Shown here one piece after another: positions 27,901 to 42,900 of a DNA stretch of 64,000 nt. The notes under the pieces are model-generated. The model worked only from the letters and a program-made list of their open reading frames with translations. It searched no databases and was not told the origin of the DNA. The position numbers were made by a program, and so were the translations under genes. The first letter of the stretch is position 1. Each line of letters starts with the position of its first letter. The stretch comes from Mizuhopecten yessoensis (lineage: Eukaryota): assembly GCF_002113885.1 (NCBI RefSeq), contig NW_018407189.1, positions 111,720-175,719 of the forward strand, read 5' to 3'.

Positions 27901-30900
27901 TGCCTCCCATGAATGCTTCTACAAGAGAAGTCGTTTGTGGCAATATAGCAAAATTGCCCCCTTTTGGCCCCGTTCCTCAGCCCCCTGGGGGGTCAACCCA
28001 ACAATTTGTACTATTTTGAATCACCACCACCTAGGGATGCTTCCAGTCAAATATGGTTGATAGCCATCACAAAGTTCCAGAGAAGAGGTCGTTTAAAGCA
28101 ATTTAGCCAAATAACCCTTTCTGGCCCCGCCCCTCAGCCCCCTGAGGGGTAAGCCACACCATTTGTACATTTTTGAATCTCTGCCTCCCATGAACGCTTT
28201 TGATCGAATATGATTGATATCCAGTGCATAGTTCTACAGAAGAAGTCGTTTGTAGCAATATAGCCAAATTGCCAACTTTTAGCCTTGCCCCTCAGTCCCC
28301 TGGGGATTAGCCCAACCATTTGTATAATTTTGAATCCCCACCACCTAGGGCTGCTTCCAGTCAAATACGGTTGATATCTATCACTTAGTTCCAGAGAAGA
28401 AGTCGCTTAAAGCAATATAGCCAAAATCCCTTTTTTTAGGCCTCGCCCCCAGCCCCCTCGCCCCCAGCCCCCAGCCCCCTAGGGGTCAGCCACACCATTT
28501 ATATAATTTTGAATCTCTGCCTCCCATGAATGCTTTTGATCAGATATGATTGATATCCAGGGCATAGTTCTACAGAAGTCGTCGTTTGTAGCAATATAGT
28601 CAAATTGCCTCCTTTTGGCCCCGCCCCTCAGCACCCTGGGGGGACAGCCCCACCATTTATACAGTTTTGAATCTCCTCTACCTAGGANCACCATTTGTAC
28701 AGTTTTGAATCCCCACCACCTAGGGATGCTTCCAAGCAAGCAAATTTCGTTAAATTCCAACCAATGGTTAAGAAGAAGAAGTCGTTTAAAGAAATTGTTT
28801 ACGTACGGAAGACGGACGACGGACGGACGACGGACGACGGACGCCACGGTATGGCATAAGCTCACCTTGGTCCTTCGAACCCGGTGAGCTAATAATGTAA
28901 GAGTATTTTGTTATATGTATACCGTCTTATACAAAACGAATATTTAATGACTCTATCAGTTGTAATTTTCATCGAAATAAATTCCATCATTTATAAAGCA
29001 AATATTGTTCAAATGTAGACATTGACAAATGTATTTAGCATATGATTCAGCTGAAAACATAGTTTACTATTTATAAATCATCTCACCGAAGCAGCGTGCT
29101 AATACAGTGTTCCATACTTTTCTCCTCTCTAGGCCGGCGAAGGTGATCATATGGAACTTGGAAAGTGTTTGTGCGATATTCCTCTTCACAGAACCCGACT
29201 ATCATTTCTGTACGGAAAAGATATATACAATGATTCATTCGATTACTTTAGTCTCTTATAGGTATTTAATCGTAAAAGAAGTTCATAAATCTAACCTTAA
29301 GAGGCCTTTTGGATTCCTTGAAATTATCTTAACTAGAGAAGACGCCGAAAGACCAAGATTGTCGTTTTGATTCGCATACAGCCTGATAATTACCCGATGC
29401 CATCGACAAATGATTTTCACCAATATCTGTTATTATTGCGATCTTGATCTTTGACAAAAAGCCGGTCAACGACAAAACCGTAGTTTCAGCTCAAACGCGA
29501 TAACATGAAGGCAAAATATGAAAGAGATGAAGACGTCTTTTTTCTCAAGCGTAAGTGTCTTCTGCTCAAGAATGACACTCGTGATCATGATAGCGTCCAT
29601 AGTCCTCATCTACTTACATTGTTCGCCTTTTTTGGAAAAGATCTGCTTATGTATGTTCATTTATGGAAAAGTGCCAAATACAAAACTGACTGAGGTTAAT
29701 AACGATACTATTATATTTTAATTAATGTAAAAACCTCCTCCAAGAAGATATTGGAACTCCTAAATCAGCATAAGACACAAATGCCCAGAAAGCAGAATGT
29801 TAAAGAAATACGCCTGTATCGATAATATCTGAAAATGTTATGTGTGAGTATTTCATAAAGTTGTATTTCACAACCGTAAGTTCTTTGAGTGATCATATCG
29901 TGAACAAACGTATCAGGTATCGCCTTTATTAGAAACACTGATAAATAAATAATTACAATGACCTACCTTGTGGTTCCTTGTATGAATGACTGAGCCATTC
30001 ACGTGGTGAAATGCATCGTTTTGTCGGTAAAATACACAACGTCTTGTGCACCACAGATGGCTAGAAGTAATCACCAATAATTCAATAAAGATGAACATGT
30101 TAAAAACACTGAGCAGATGTCATGTATAAATGCATGTTTGATATCCCACACTACGAATTAAGCGTTTAATTATATACAACTGAATCATAACTTATCTATC
30201 ATGAAAACTTTATCTAAAATATTTACCTTCCCTTCTGTATGCATGATAGACGATTGCAAACATTCGACAACATATAAATCTTTGTCTGACTTCAGCCACA
30301 CAATTCCGGATCTTGACGACAGACAGCCGACAATAAGCAGATGAAAGATCAGATAATCCACACCAGACTGCACCTACACCAAACACATATACCATTAGTG
30401 GTCATTTCGTTTGAAGTTCATCGTTCATTATGTAAGGCATGTACAATTACTTACTGATACAACGAAAGTTTAAAGGCCAACCAAAGTTACATACATTTGT
30501 AGATAAATAGTCTACATTAACATTCAAATTAGAACACATTGTACAAATTTCATGATGAATTAGGTAAGTTTTGCAAAACATAATTTGATTTGTGATGTGC
30601 CCGAGAAATGACGGTATAATACATTATCGTTATTCACTTTTGAAGATGTCTTTGGATTGTCCAGTCATTAACAAAATTACTGTAACGCAACAATGGATGA
30701 AAAAGGAAGTGCAATAAATTAAGAAAAAATGGATATGTAATAACAGATATATGAATACAAATACGTTTTCATTAATCATTATATCATTACCAAAATCTAT
30801 TTATTATATGAATTATGTTTATGTAACGTGTGTAATATCACTCCGGAAACGACGTCAAACTCGAATAGGAACAATCAATGTGACGTGACGTCATTGTAAA

Positions 30901-33900
30901 GCGGACGCAATTGTCATCGTTTCAGTGGCGGTTAAGTGCAAAATATTCGTTTCAGATCAAAATTATACTGTTTACTTTGCATTATATGAAAAAAAGAATC
31001 TGTCATTCGTTTCCCTTCATATTAGAATAATGATACTCGTTTCGGATTTTTCATATTTGCGAGACTCTAATCATAAATCTAATATGAAGGGAAACTTATG
31101 ACAGATCCACTACTATGTATCGCCTAAAATTCAAAACCAAAATAAGAGTGATATTTATAGTAACAAAAGTATGTTTGTTTACACATCTTGGGAATCTTGC
31201 TCTGGCGTAAGAACTAATTTTCAGGTCATGCTATACAATTTCCTTCATTTCACACTGTATCAATATAAGATGTATTACTCCGATAGTCGAATTCTATTTT
31301 TCAGCTGGAAATCATGCTGTTTTCCTTCGATCAAATCGACAAATTTGAAAAATAAAAGGTTCCAAACATTTAAGCATAATTTTACTTATGGCAAGTGACG
31401 TTAATTAATCTATCCGTGACATTTTGTCATCCATTGTTTTTATTTCATGCTTAAATGAAGACAATCAAATAAGGAATTGATGTGTAATGTTTGATCATAT
31501 ATTTTCCTTACCACTGGTGCAATATCTATATGAAGTAGGCGTTTATCGGAACTACCGATGTAATCATGTAACGTAGACATAACTTGTTCAACATCTACTG
31601 CTTGCTCGTTCATTGGAATGCCTATGGAGCACATGTCTGTATTTTGCGTCTTCCTTAATTCTCTCAGGATTTTGTTTTTGTAGAGGGTTTTACCTTGTCC
31701 GGCCCGTTTTGATATTACAACATCCACTGTTGAGCTGAAAATTGACGTTAAATTCGAATATAAAACCATTTGCTTATATGTATTGACTACGTTGTTTTAG
31801 CCAACACTTGTTTTAGTATAATCTGCATTTTTGGATGATTAGAAGGTATGAAGTGTATCAAAACAAAATACCGTATAATGCATGGATTTCAATCGTACAG
31901 GATTTTTTTACCCAAATAAACATGCTGAAAGATATCTTCTGGAATCTTTTTCATTTCACGAAATGATACCATTTACAGTACAAAATTAGATAGCGTCGTA
32001 ACAATTTTAGGAGATTATTATCAAAGGTACGAGAGTAACTTATGTTCCAATGCAAAGTTTACCGTCCGTCATGGACGAGTTTCTTTGTCACATAATCCTT
32101 TATGTCTGAGGAAAGGACAGGAAACAATCTCCGGTACTTTTCCAAAGCAGCTGCCATCACCGATTTGTTTTCATTCTCTTTGCTACTCAGTACTACCAAT
32201 TGAAATTCTGGTGGTAAAGATATAATGTAAATCAGATTCATACCATTAAGTCAGCACAATTGATAACGGCGTATTGAGCAGGTAAGAGAAATAACAAATC
32301 AACTGTGTTTACACACAAGACAATACGAGACGTGAAACAAAAACAGATGTCAAATAATGTTGAGGTAATGTGCTATTATACAAATCGGATTATAGCGATA
32401 GGGCTGTAACGTGTTAACTGGAAAAGCGAGATTACAATGTAAAATCTCCATCAACTCATTCAACAAAACCCTGTGTAAAATCGATACTATAAAAGAGTAA
32501 GCGTTTCTCGCATCAACTGTTGCATACGATATGATAGACTCTATCATATGAATGACCCTATGCCACTTACACACTTTTTTTCAGATACGGTAAGGGTGTT
32601 TTTAACTAGTTAGTTGTATCTAATCCCCAAAAAATAACCTTTGAAACATTTCAAAAGTAGACTGAAATAGCATCAGCTATAACTGTTACTAGCAATTTTG
32701 TATGGTTCGTTGTATTTTCTGTGTGTTTACAAATAGTTATCAAATCATATCACCGTAGACAAAAACGCTATTACGAACGTATTGTTTTCATTTACTTAGT
32801 AAAAACATGAACTAAGCTAGAGAAAGCGAGGAAGGCTATAGAAGCCTCTTCCTGTAAAAATCCTTGTAATGTTCAAATATATTTCAATGAATTTGATGTA
32901 AACATACACGATAAACTTCAACAATTCTGTAAACAAATGTGACTGCTAGAGTAATAACACATAGTGGGGATGGATTCCTTTTTAATAACAGAAGTTTGAC
33001 AGCTCACGCTAACGTAAAAATATGCTCAAGAGATTTTTTTATCATAATATGGTAAGATAAAGAGCCATAAAACTTGGATACAAAAACGACGGTACAACAT
33101 CAGAATACCCGTAGCGGTCGAAAGACTTATTGTAGAATTATTATTTAAACAAATCAAAAATACCATTCTTTTTTCCGGCTTGCAATTTTTTCAGAATAGT
33201 CTCAGCTTCACAGCTAACATCAATACTAAGTTGATCTGCATACATCATTGTGTAAATCTTCTTCTCCTTTGTTGGGTGCTTTTGCAGAGACCGTCTGAAG
33301 AAGGCTTCCACCTTAAATATAATACCATAGATATAATAATCTGGAAGAAAAAAAATACAATTGCAAAGTAGATACTTGACACACACATATTGCACTTGAT
33401 AATTTTTCGTTGCACTTTTTCATATAAGGCGTATAATGCAAAATCAATGAGGCGTAACACACGCTACCAACGCAAACTGTACAAACAAAATCGGCAAAAG
33501 GGAACAAATCCTAAGATATATCTGTCATGATTCCCACATTTTGAGCACAAACAATTCACTTCAGGAAGTGCCAAGACTTTTATGAAGTTTAAAGGGGTCG
33601 TGATATTGCAATAGACATGCAAGTTAATATCTGCCGAGGGTAATATTTTGTTTCTATAAAAGACAGAATGGTCTCCTATCTTCCAAATCCACCATCATTA
33701 CATTCTTCAACTCTTTGTATAACAGGTAGTTATACGGATATTTTTCCAAATGCGTTTGTTTTCACTGTCTATCTTTGGATACATATCATACTTACTGGTA
33801 TTAGTTTGTTCTTTGTCTTACTAATGAAGATTATACATAAATGTACGTGTTCTACAAGAAGTCTATACAGACGTCGTTATATGATCATCGTGATACTTGT

Positions 33901-36900
33901 TCATAACTTAGACAGATTAGGATTATATAAAAATGTCATGTGATCATACTTCAAAAATGTTTATATCAAAGCGAAAAAGAAACAATGAAAAACTATTTAA
34001 CAATCACAGTAACCGGAATAATGTTATTTAAATAAAATATAATAGTTTATCCGAATATCGCCCACGGTAGTAGTACCTCATCAAGAGTTGTTTCACTTGT
34101 ACACATCAGAATTTCTTCTGGTCTTGGAAGTGGGTTGCGTGTAGTGTTTTTATCCAACAAGTAAACAGACAATGACGCATTGATTATATCCGCTAAAGAA
34201 ACAAACAAAAGTATTTCCATTATATAAAAATATTGAACATATTTACGAAAATGTCAGGGAAAATAACAAGATTACCGAAGTGTTAACAAAACCGTACTTC
34301 GATTTGAAGTTTCTTTGTTTATGGTAGCATCCCTATTTACAAACCATGTCGGACATTTTAAACAAACATTTCTTTATTAATAACGATGCAGTCACTTTGT
34401 TAGACTTTCACCATCACAGTAACATTTCAACAGTTACACACTACCAGCACTGTAGTATTTTAACAGTTAAACTATATCATCATGGTTTCACGTTTTCACC
34501 ACAGTTACACTATATTACCATACACAGTACAAAATGTCATGGTCACACTATAGAACCAAAGTTGTAGTCTATTGCCAGTTACATTAGTTACCAAACTAAC
34601 ACTATATCACATCAATTTTACTAATTCATCACTATTATATGTTATCACAATAGTTACACTATCTCTAAATAATTAAATTATGTTACCATTATAGTATATA
34701 TCACCACAGTTAAAATTATGTCACCATAAAGAGCATTATATTTTAAAATTACTAGTTACGCAGTATCGCCACAATTTTTATTGTATATCAGCACCGTTAC
34801 ACGACATAACCATATTTACACTCTGGCAGCATAGTTACATTTTATAACAATAGTTACACTATATCAGCTTAGTTTCACGTTTTCATAATAGTTACATTAT
34901 ATCACCATAGTTACAATTTGTCCCTATGGTTACACTCATAGTCATAGTTACATATGACAAGCATAATTATCACAACATTTATTTTTTATATAAGTGTTCA
35001 GATTTTTATAAGTAACAGTTTATTGTAGATATACTTATCACAAAGGCCATTCACATTACTTGTGTAACTAAAAAGCAAATGTGTGTACATGTATACCGTA
35101 AACGTCCACATACATATACTAGCACTATAGTGAATATGTCCAAATTGTGTCCATGCTTTGTATCTCAATATTTCTAGTTTAAAAATAACCACTGCACTAG
35201 ATTTACGGACATATATAAAGTGTATGTATTATTTTTCTTGAAGCATTAAAGGAAGAATGATAATGATAAGAATCCAAACAATGCTCTAAACAAGGACCAA
35301 CACTCTTCATTTATAACTTAATAGTTAAACTAAACGGTTTTTTATTGATAAATATGTTTGCAGTTATCCTAGTGACAGTTATTCTCGTTATGTTGATGAC
35401 ACCATACCTTCAGGACAGACAATGAGATTTGGTTCACCTCTCCTCAGTGGTTCTGGTAATGACCTGTCTATACGGTATTCCTTGGGTACTGGAATCAAAT
35501 GTTTACTTTTAGTTAGCAAGTTTGTCCATTTACATTAGCATATCTACAGATTAACCGTAGTATTGATTACAAAAGAAGGTGCTGTTCTGTTATTTGAGCC
35601 ATAAATGTATGATCCACGCGTTGCAGTGCTAGCTATAACATTTTCCTATTTGATAATTTAATGTTGGGATAAAATAATGATTATTGATTATTTATTAAAT
35701 AAGTTTATATTGTTACATTATCAAATTTGTATATGGATTAACTGATAATTTTACTTCTTCAAATGTATAGAAATTACGGCATTTATGTTCAATTCCTAAC
35801 GGCATGAACGTTTAACCCATTATGTATATCCTAAAAAAAAACGAGTTATAATAATAACAATGAAATAGTAAGTTTGCTCAACTGAATTATATTAAGATTA
35901 ATTATAGTAAAATGTTCGTGTCATTTTAAAAGAAAGAATTGTTTACCTTTCTGACCAAGAATGGTTAAAATTTCCCCAAGACGCCCTAAGCTCAGGAAAT
36001 CAGATGACGTATCAGTCAACGTTGTCACAAAAACTTCCCATAAAGTATTGAAGATTTCAAGCATGTGTTCCACGTTAGAAGTGCTTTAAAAATGAAAAAA
36101 TAATAAGCCGTTCTGAATATGCCAATTAACGTAAACACTTTTGAAGGTCACAGTTACATGCCTACTCGATACATGGAAGTTTTATGGTTGAACATCCTGC
36201 CACTACTTAATTTACGTGGAGATACATAAGTGTGATATATCCTTACAGTAATCAAGTTGCATTACCATGATTGCTATTTCGCTAAGTCGACATAAATGAT
36301 AAATGTCGTTCATTTTGTGCGATAAAAGTCGACTTACATATGACGGAAAGCCGACATTCGGATACCCTTTCCATTAAAAAAACTGTAGCTAAGCTTTGGA
36401 AATTGTTTCTCCGCATCACCATAGCTTTCATAAATATTTTTTTCAACGAAAACCATAGCTTGTTGCACTTTTATAAAACATTATAGTGATGCAATTAGTA
36501 AAATGTGATAAACAGTGTTCTGTAATTAAGGGCATGTCTAAACCAGGATTCATTCCCTGTTTTACTGTCCCTCTCACCAACTGGACACTGAACTATGTAG
36601 TCAACGGAACTGCCCTGATGCTGCATTTATATTTAAAACGAATATATACCACAAAGACAGTGCAATGGGACCAGGATCCATAATTATCATTATTTCTCGA
36701 CATAATTAAAATGGTTGCAGATACTTTACTCGATGAAGTGAAATTTCATTTTCTTTTAAAACATGTTGCAAACTTATTCTTTTACTAGATGGAATAAATT
36801 GTGAAAGTACTGATTTTAATTACCCGTTTACTTCCTCGGTCATCTCGTGTACCAGGTCGGTAAGAAGTGTGAATATAGGTTTACTACTTGTTTCAGGTCC

Positions 36901-39900
36901 TGCTGAAATAATAATGCATTGGTATTAATTCTACAGATCACTTTCCAAACACTTAAATACTGAGAGGCATTTTATTATTTTTCCATTATGTATACTAATT
37001 ATGAAATATAATAGCGAAATTCATAACACAGAACAAAACAACTCCTTTTAGACGGTTTTCAAATTACGGATATAAATATCAATTCTGTGTACGAGTTTGT
37101 TCTTTTTTCTATTGTTGTTATGATGTAATACACCTACCTTGTCGTGGACGTTCCTTTGTAAAGACTTCTTCAAACGCCGTCGTCATTTGTTTCCGGGAAC
37201 ATCCCGGCAATACAAGAGATAACAATGGTAAAACATGCTGTCCTACCTGTTCGCTGGATGTGTCATTGACAATGTCTTGAAGCAGTATTAATTGCTTGGT
37301 TGTGAAATGATTTAAAAAGTAGAAGTCTTTTCGGGCTTTTTTTATTTCATCATTCCATGTCTCCAAACAATTTTCGAAAGCTCCTGCTATGTTTTTCACA
37401 ATAACAGACATATCCAGTGTGTCATTTTCTTGTTTAACAACTGTTAAAGCAGCTTTACCGCAGAACGATAACTTACATACATCTCTGTCGCCTGTATGTC
37501 CGCATACAACTACATCCATCTGGCTAAAGAATAGGCATCCTAGTTCATTGAGACGTATGTATACCAAACCAAGCCGTCTTAAACTATCAAAAATCTGAAA
37601 TTTGTTTCCAAAATGAAAATAAAAATTACATAATGATTAATTATGAATTATCAAGTTCTTGAAATATTTTGGAAATTTACGAAATTCATTTGGATCAAAT
37701 AATAACTTCTACAAATCATATCGACAAATTGCGTTTATTTTCCATGGTATGTTTTCAAACGTTCCCATGTTAATCTTTCTTTGGTTATATCATATTAAAA
37801 AACACACAACATGATAACGAAATAATAACTTAACCATTGTGAATTTTTCTATTGTTTCTTCCTTTGACATGGAGTCTTTTGTTTTTGGATCTTTCAAGTC
37901 TTCGGAGCTGCCGGCTAACATAAGACGACTTTGGATGTCTTCCAAGTCCGCAAAACTGAAATTGATTTCACCATCTTTCTCATTTTGAACGCATATTCGT
38001 ATGACGTTAGGTAGTACCTGTTTGAATAAAAGTAATATTCATTGTAGCAGCACAATATAAAACTTGTATTCTCTAATATTGAAAATTTCAAAATATGACT
38101 GCGGCAGAAAAAATAGAGATATTCATGCACAATCTACATTTAATAATGGTTTTTTTTGTTATTTTGTTGTTGTTTTTTTTCCTGTAGGAAAAAGCAACAT
38201 AAATACAAGAGATATTCTGACACAAATGACATGAAGTACTTGTTGAAGAATAAAACATCATGTAGCAAAACGGTAACTGATTTTTAAAGTTATACATGTA
38301 AGAATGCATTAGACAGCTCCCTCCTTCTGCTGTATTTCTCTATATGGCTCTAAAATGTTGAGTTATATGCTTTTGGTAAAATGCATTTCCCCCAACAAAT
38401 AACAGTATGATAAAAATGCACTTTACAGTGCACATCCCTCGTCAAGGAGGTGAAAGCCGTCAGTCAATGAATACAGCATTGTATCCCCTCTTCTAAGTGA
38501 TGCTCACTGATATATACCAAAATTCATTTTAGGGCTATAGATATGCTACTAAAAGGTAATTATATGTAGTCTGTCGCATGTTCTTTAGGAACAAATAGAT
38601 ACGTGTCTTGTCAAAAAGATGCTCCTTGACTGAAAATCCTTACTACTTACATATATCAAAATATGCTTTCTTTGCAGCAGCGATTACAAATGATGTTTAT
38701 AAAAAAAATTAGGAGGATAAATTTACTTCAAAGAACTGCAAGATTAGATATAATCACACTATTTGTTAAGTAATAAGTCATACATATTTACTAGCAATTA
38801 TCCGGAAGGGCACTACTTGTATACGAGTTATTTCTCATGTGATTTGGCTTTTTACACACGATGTAATAAAACAGTTTCAATATTACCCATTTTTTCTATA
38901 ACAATAGTATACTCATGATTACAAAATATGTATTAATAATATATTGTCATTCACTTTGCTGTTGCATAGTCTACACGTACTTATCTGTTTAATTCATATT
39001 CTTACAATAGACACTGTAGATTACCAGCAAGTTGTACTCATTCAATCAGATATTACCAAATCAGTTCCTCCGTGGAATCCCACGTAACAGGTTCCGAACT
39101 CGATAACTTGTCCGGCTTGCTTCAAAGACTTTTTGTCTGATGTTGCACGTTGTGTGGTGTGTATGAACTTCAGTTTATTGACAGAAGCCTTTGCGTCCTC
39201 CTATGTAACACACGAACGAGTATTTATATATACATGTATAGCATGAGGCGTTAATACGAGAAAGGGTGAAATAAAATAGTTCCTTGTCTTACATTCTTTT
39301 ATTTTATTTTACCCTATATAGTTTTGAATAAAAACAAGGCATTGCAAGGCAATAAATAGTCCTCCACCGGTAATGATTTCTTTATTTATCAAGCTGTACA
39401 CCTATCTCAGGATAATGGTCACAGTGACATATATCTTGCACTCTGAACTCTGCCAGCCAAGACAAACTTGCTAACCATATCTGAGTACTCAAGGTGAAAT
39501 AGTACAAAAGATATGCTTCAAACAGATTTCTTCAAAGGTTGAGGTCAAAGATTAAACCTTAGGTCACACTGACGTACTTTTATGTCTCGCAAATCGCTCA
39601 TCGATTTACTCCAGGTGAAATAGTATAGAAGATATATCCCAGACAACTCTTCGGGCGGATGAAGAAAATATCAAAATATTTCACCATACTCGTAAATTAT
39701 TACTGTTTTTCATTAAGAAACCAAGAAAAATGTTTAAGAATTACATACACCCGCAACCCAATCAAAAATATGATCTTTCAGTGAAGATATTATATTTATT
39801 GGACTTGCATTTGACCTTAAATAACTGTACATTGATATGTCTTTTATTCTTTAATTTGATAGCAGATTATCTTCTTTCTGCATTTCGTATTGAACGCGGT

Positions 39901-42900
39901 ATTATGTTTGACGTCAATCCTGTGACACATAAAAATTTCATATTCGTTGCCGGAGCTGTACTCTCACACTCTGCAGAATGACGTACATAAGCCCAGAACG
40001 TAAGGAATGTCATTTGTATAAATATTTATATATATGCATGTACATATGTATGTCTGTATATATACATGTATCTATATTGACACTAAGGTTTCAATTTAAT
40101 TTTCTTGTTAAACTAACTTGAATACTGAATCTAAACCTTTACCGATTTGTGTGACACAGTTAGCAGTTCAAAACGTGTCTAACACAACCATCATGTTTAA
40201 GTACATCTGTGTAGTTTTTTCACACTAACTAAATCTAATTCTTACGAGTTTTTTATGTAGCTGTGGGTCGTTTTCAAACGCCATTTGTACATCTTTCAGT
40301 CGGATTAGGAAGTCCTCCACTGTAGAATGTGTTGGCATGAAGATGAGACGAGAGTAACCAAGTGCTGCAGAATGTAAACAGCGAACAACCGCAATGTCAA
40401 GGTCACTCTCTCCGATAGCCATTAGTGCAAGGTCAACAAACGTCTTGATATCATTCTGTTCTGTTAAACAATAAGGGTAAAATACCAAAATGGAAAAATG
40501 AAAAGTAGTTCGAATGGTGTAGAACTAGGCCAGTAACATACACAATGAAGAAAGCAGTCAAATCTTTACTGTTTAAATAAATTATGTTATGTTAGGTTTT
40601 GTCGTGTAATTTTGATTAAAATTGCGTTTGGTCAACTTTTGGAGAGATGAAAGGAATGGGTTCGGTGCTCGGCGTCTGTGGCAATTGCTGTCTGTCCTCT
40701 AAACTTAGTTTGGTATTATTGTATATAAAAAAATAATGTATTTCAATTACTTTTTACTTAGTGTAATTGTTTGATTAAAAGTTGAACACAGAAAAAGAGC
40801 TTTATATATTATTGCGTTAAAGTTGCCACTATTCTTTAAAACTCATGAAGGTTTAATTATCCGCTTAATCTTGGCTTGAAGCATATCAATACATCACTGT
40901 TAAAGACACAACAAGAGGATAACACAGAATTGCACAACACATATAAAAAGCTACTCAAACTTGAATATCCGGATATACCTTTCATAGTTGTCTTTATCCA
41001 TTCAACAAGTCTTCGGCATTTGTTGAAACTTTTAAGACACTTGTACATTGTAGGAGGAAGAGACGCCAACAGTTTGCTCAGGTCGACTGTTTTCCTATCA
41101 ACTAATCTTAGGACGATACCTTTCTTTTCCTAAACAAAGAAATAAGGTTAAGTAAAAAACAAAAACCATTATGTTATATATTAGATTGTTTTTTGTTCTA
41201 TTAAATTAAGATTGTACGCCATATATAAAACGGAAACAACGTTTTACACCATTTACGTTTCGTACATGCAAATACTATTTTAGCGTATTAACGTCATTTT
41301 TGTTAGAATAAGAAAACATATATTTGTTTTTTTAAGAAGTCCACATTCTGTTTCATTACCATTTTCATCATGGCGGCTATTATGGAAAAATTTCCAGTAA
41401 ATCCATATGTTTCTTTGATCTTCATGATGATTTCAGAAATTTTTACACTGTTCTGAATGTCAAACACGTCATTTATTGCTGTAAGCCTTTTTTCAGTGAC
41501 TTCAGCAAGTCGTAAATGTTCTAGCTCTCTGTCTAAAATGGCAAATTCTTTTCGTAGTTGATTTGTCATGTCCTTTTTATTCTGAATTTGTATTCCTATT
41601 TTTCCAGTAACCTCCTCCAATGTGATGTCGCCAGTTTGAATACAATGTCCAAAATTACGCCATTCTTGGAATGTTGGTTTCCACACCCAGTGCATTAGGT
41701 CACTCCAAGTTCTTATGAACGTACGTCTTGCTTCAGTTGCCGAATGAAGGCGGTTGCTCATGTTTGACTTTTTGTCATTCCATATTTTTCTGAAGCTCAA
41801 ACTTTCCATGCAGCTTGTAATCTTCCGTAGCTCTTTTGAACTTATTCCAAGAAGCTTGGACAAATCACTCTGTTTTTCTTTGAGTTGTCTGATTGTCTTA
41901 ATAGTGATGTTGTCGCAGATCTTTAGATAGTCAAGTAGTTCTGTTTCTTCTTCTATCAAATAAGATTATTTAGAGGTTTTTTTTTATCTGGTTACAAGAA
42001 AGAAACGTTTGAATGAAATATAACTTTAATATTTGCATTTGGAAACCAATTTATTGAACTTTCACATACTTTTGCGCTTTGGCAATATCGCATGCTATAA
42101 TTCATTCTTAGAAAATGCCTTTCAACCCTTTCAATATTTTTAACAAATTTTGTGAGAATTAACATATATTTTCTTAATAATGTAAACGACAAGTGCCTGT
42201 CAAAATTGTAGATTAAATGGTCAAATAATTGGAAATAACATATAGTTAAATATAAAATGAATCATTTTTTTACACAAAAAAAAATACATTTTCTATTTTA
42301 TTTGTCTTTCTACAGGTGGATCATTAAGTAAAATTTCGTTGAAACGATCGTCAAATGAAATACTGTTGAGGTTCTGTTTATAACTATTTATAACTGGAAA
42401 CTATTCATAAATATATAAACAAGATATTTGTTTATTTACCTCTATTATTAAAACAATCACGATCAACAAATTAAGTGCATGACATATAAAATGACACATT
42501 AGAAAATGCCCACCAAATGTTCAGTATGTCTGCGAGGTTTTGCAAGAATTATCGCGTCATGTTACACCCCGTTTGTGCGTGCGTGTATTCTACAAGTTTT
42601 GATCATCTAATTTCAGGAGTGCTTGTTGGCGATGATATTTGTTTTTATGAACTACATACCAATCTCTTCGTTGGTAGTTTCCAAGAAACTGGAAATACTT
42701 TCACATGTGATCTTAAATTTGTCAACCGCTTCGAAACAGGACTGCATTCTTCCTTCCATCGCAGAAAACTTGTATCCAAGAACTGGGGCAAACGTCTGAA
42801 ATGACATTCTTTTACTTTTGATTACGTTTAAGTCTCTGACAAGAATTTGTTCACTGTCGAGACTTCCAATCAGTGACGTAATCGCTGCCCTGACTTCTAC

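Noticed and set aside
37520-37525. Acceptor before MDVVVCG in exon w16
   Set aside because: The frame stays open to a better acceptor at 37594 and the added peptide (IFDSLRRLG..GCLFF) is RNF213-like.
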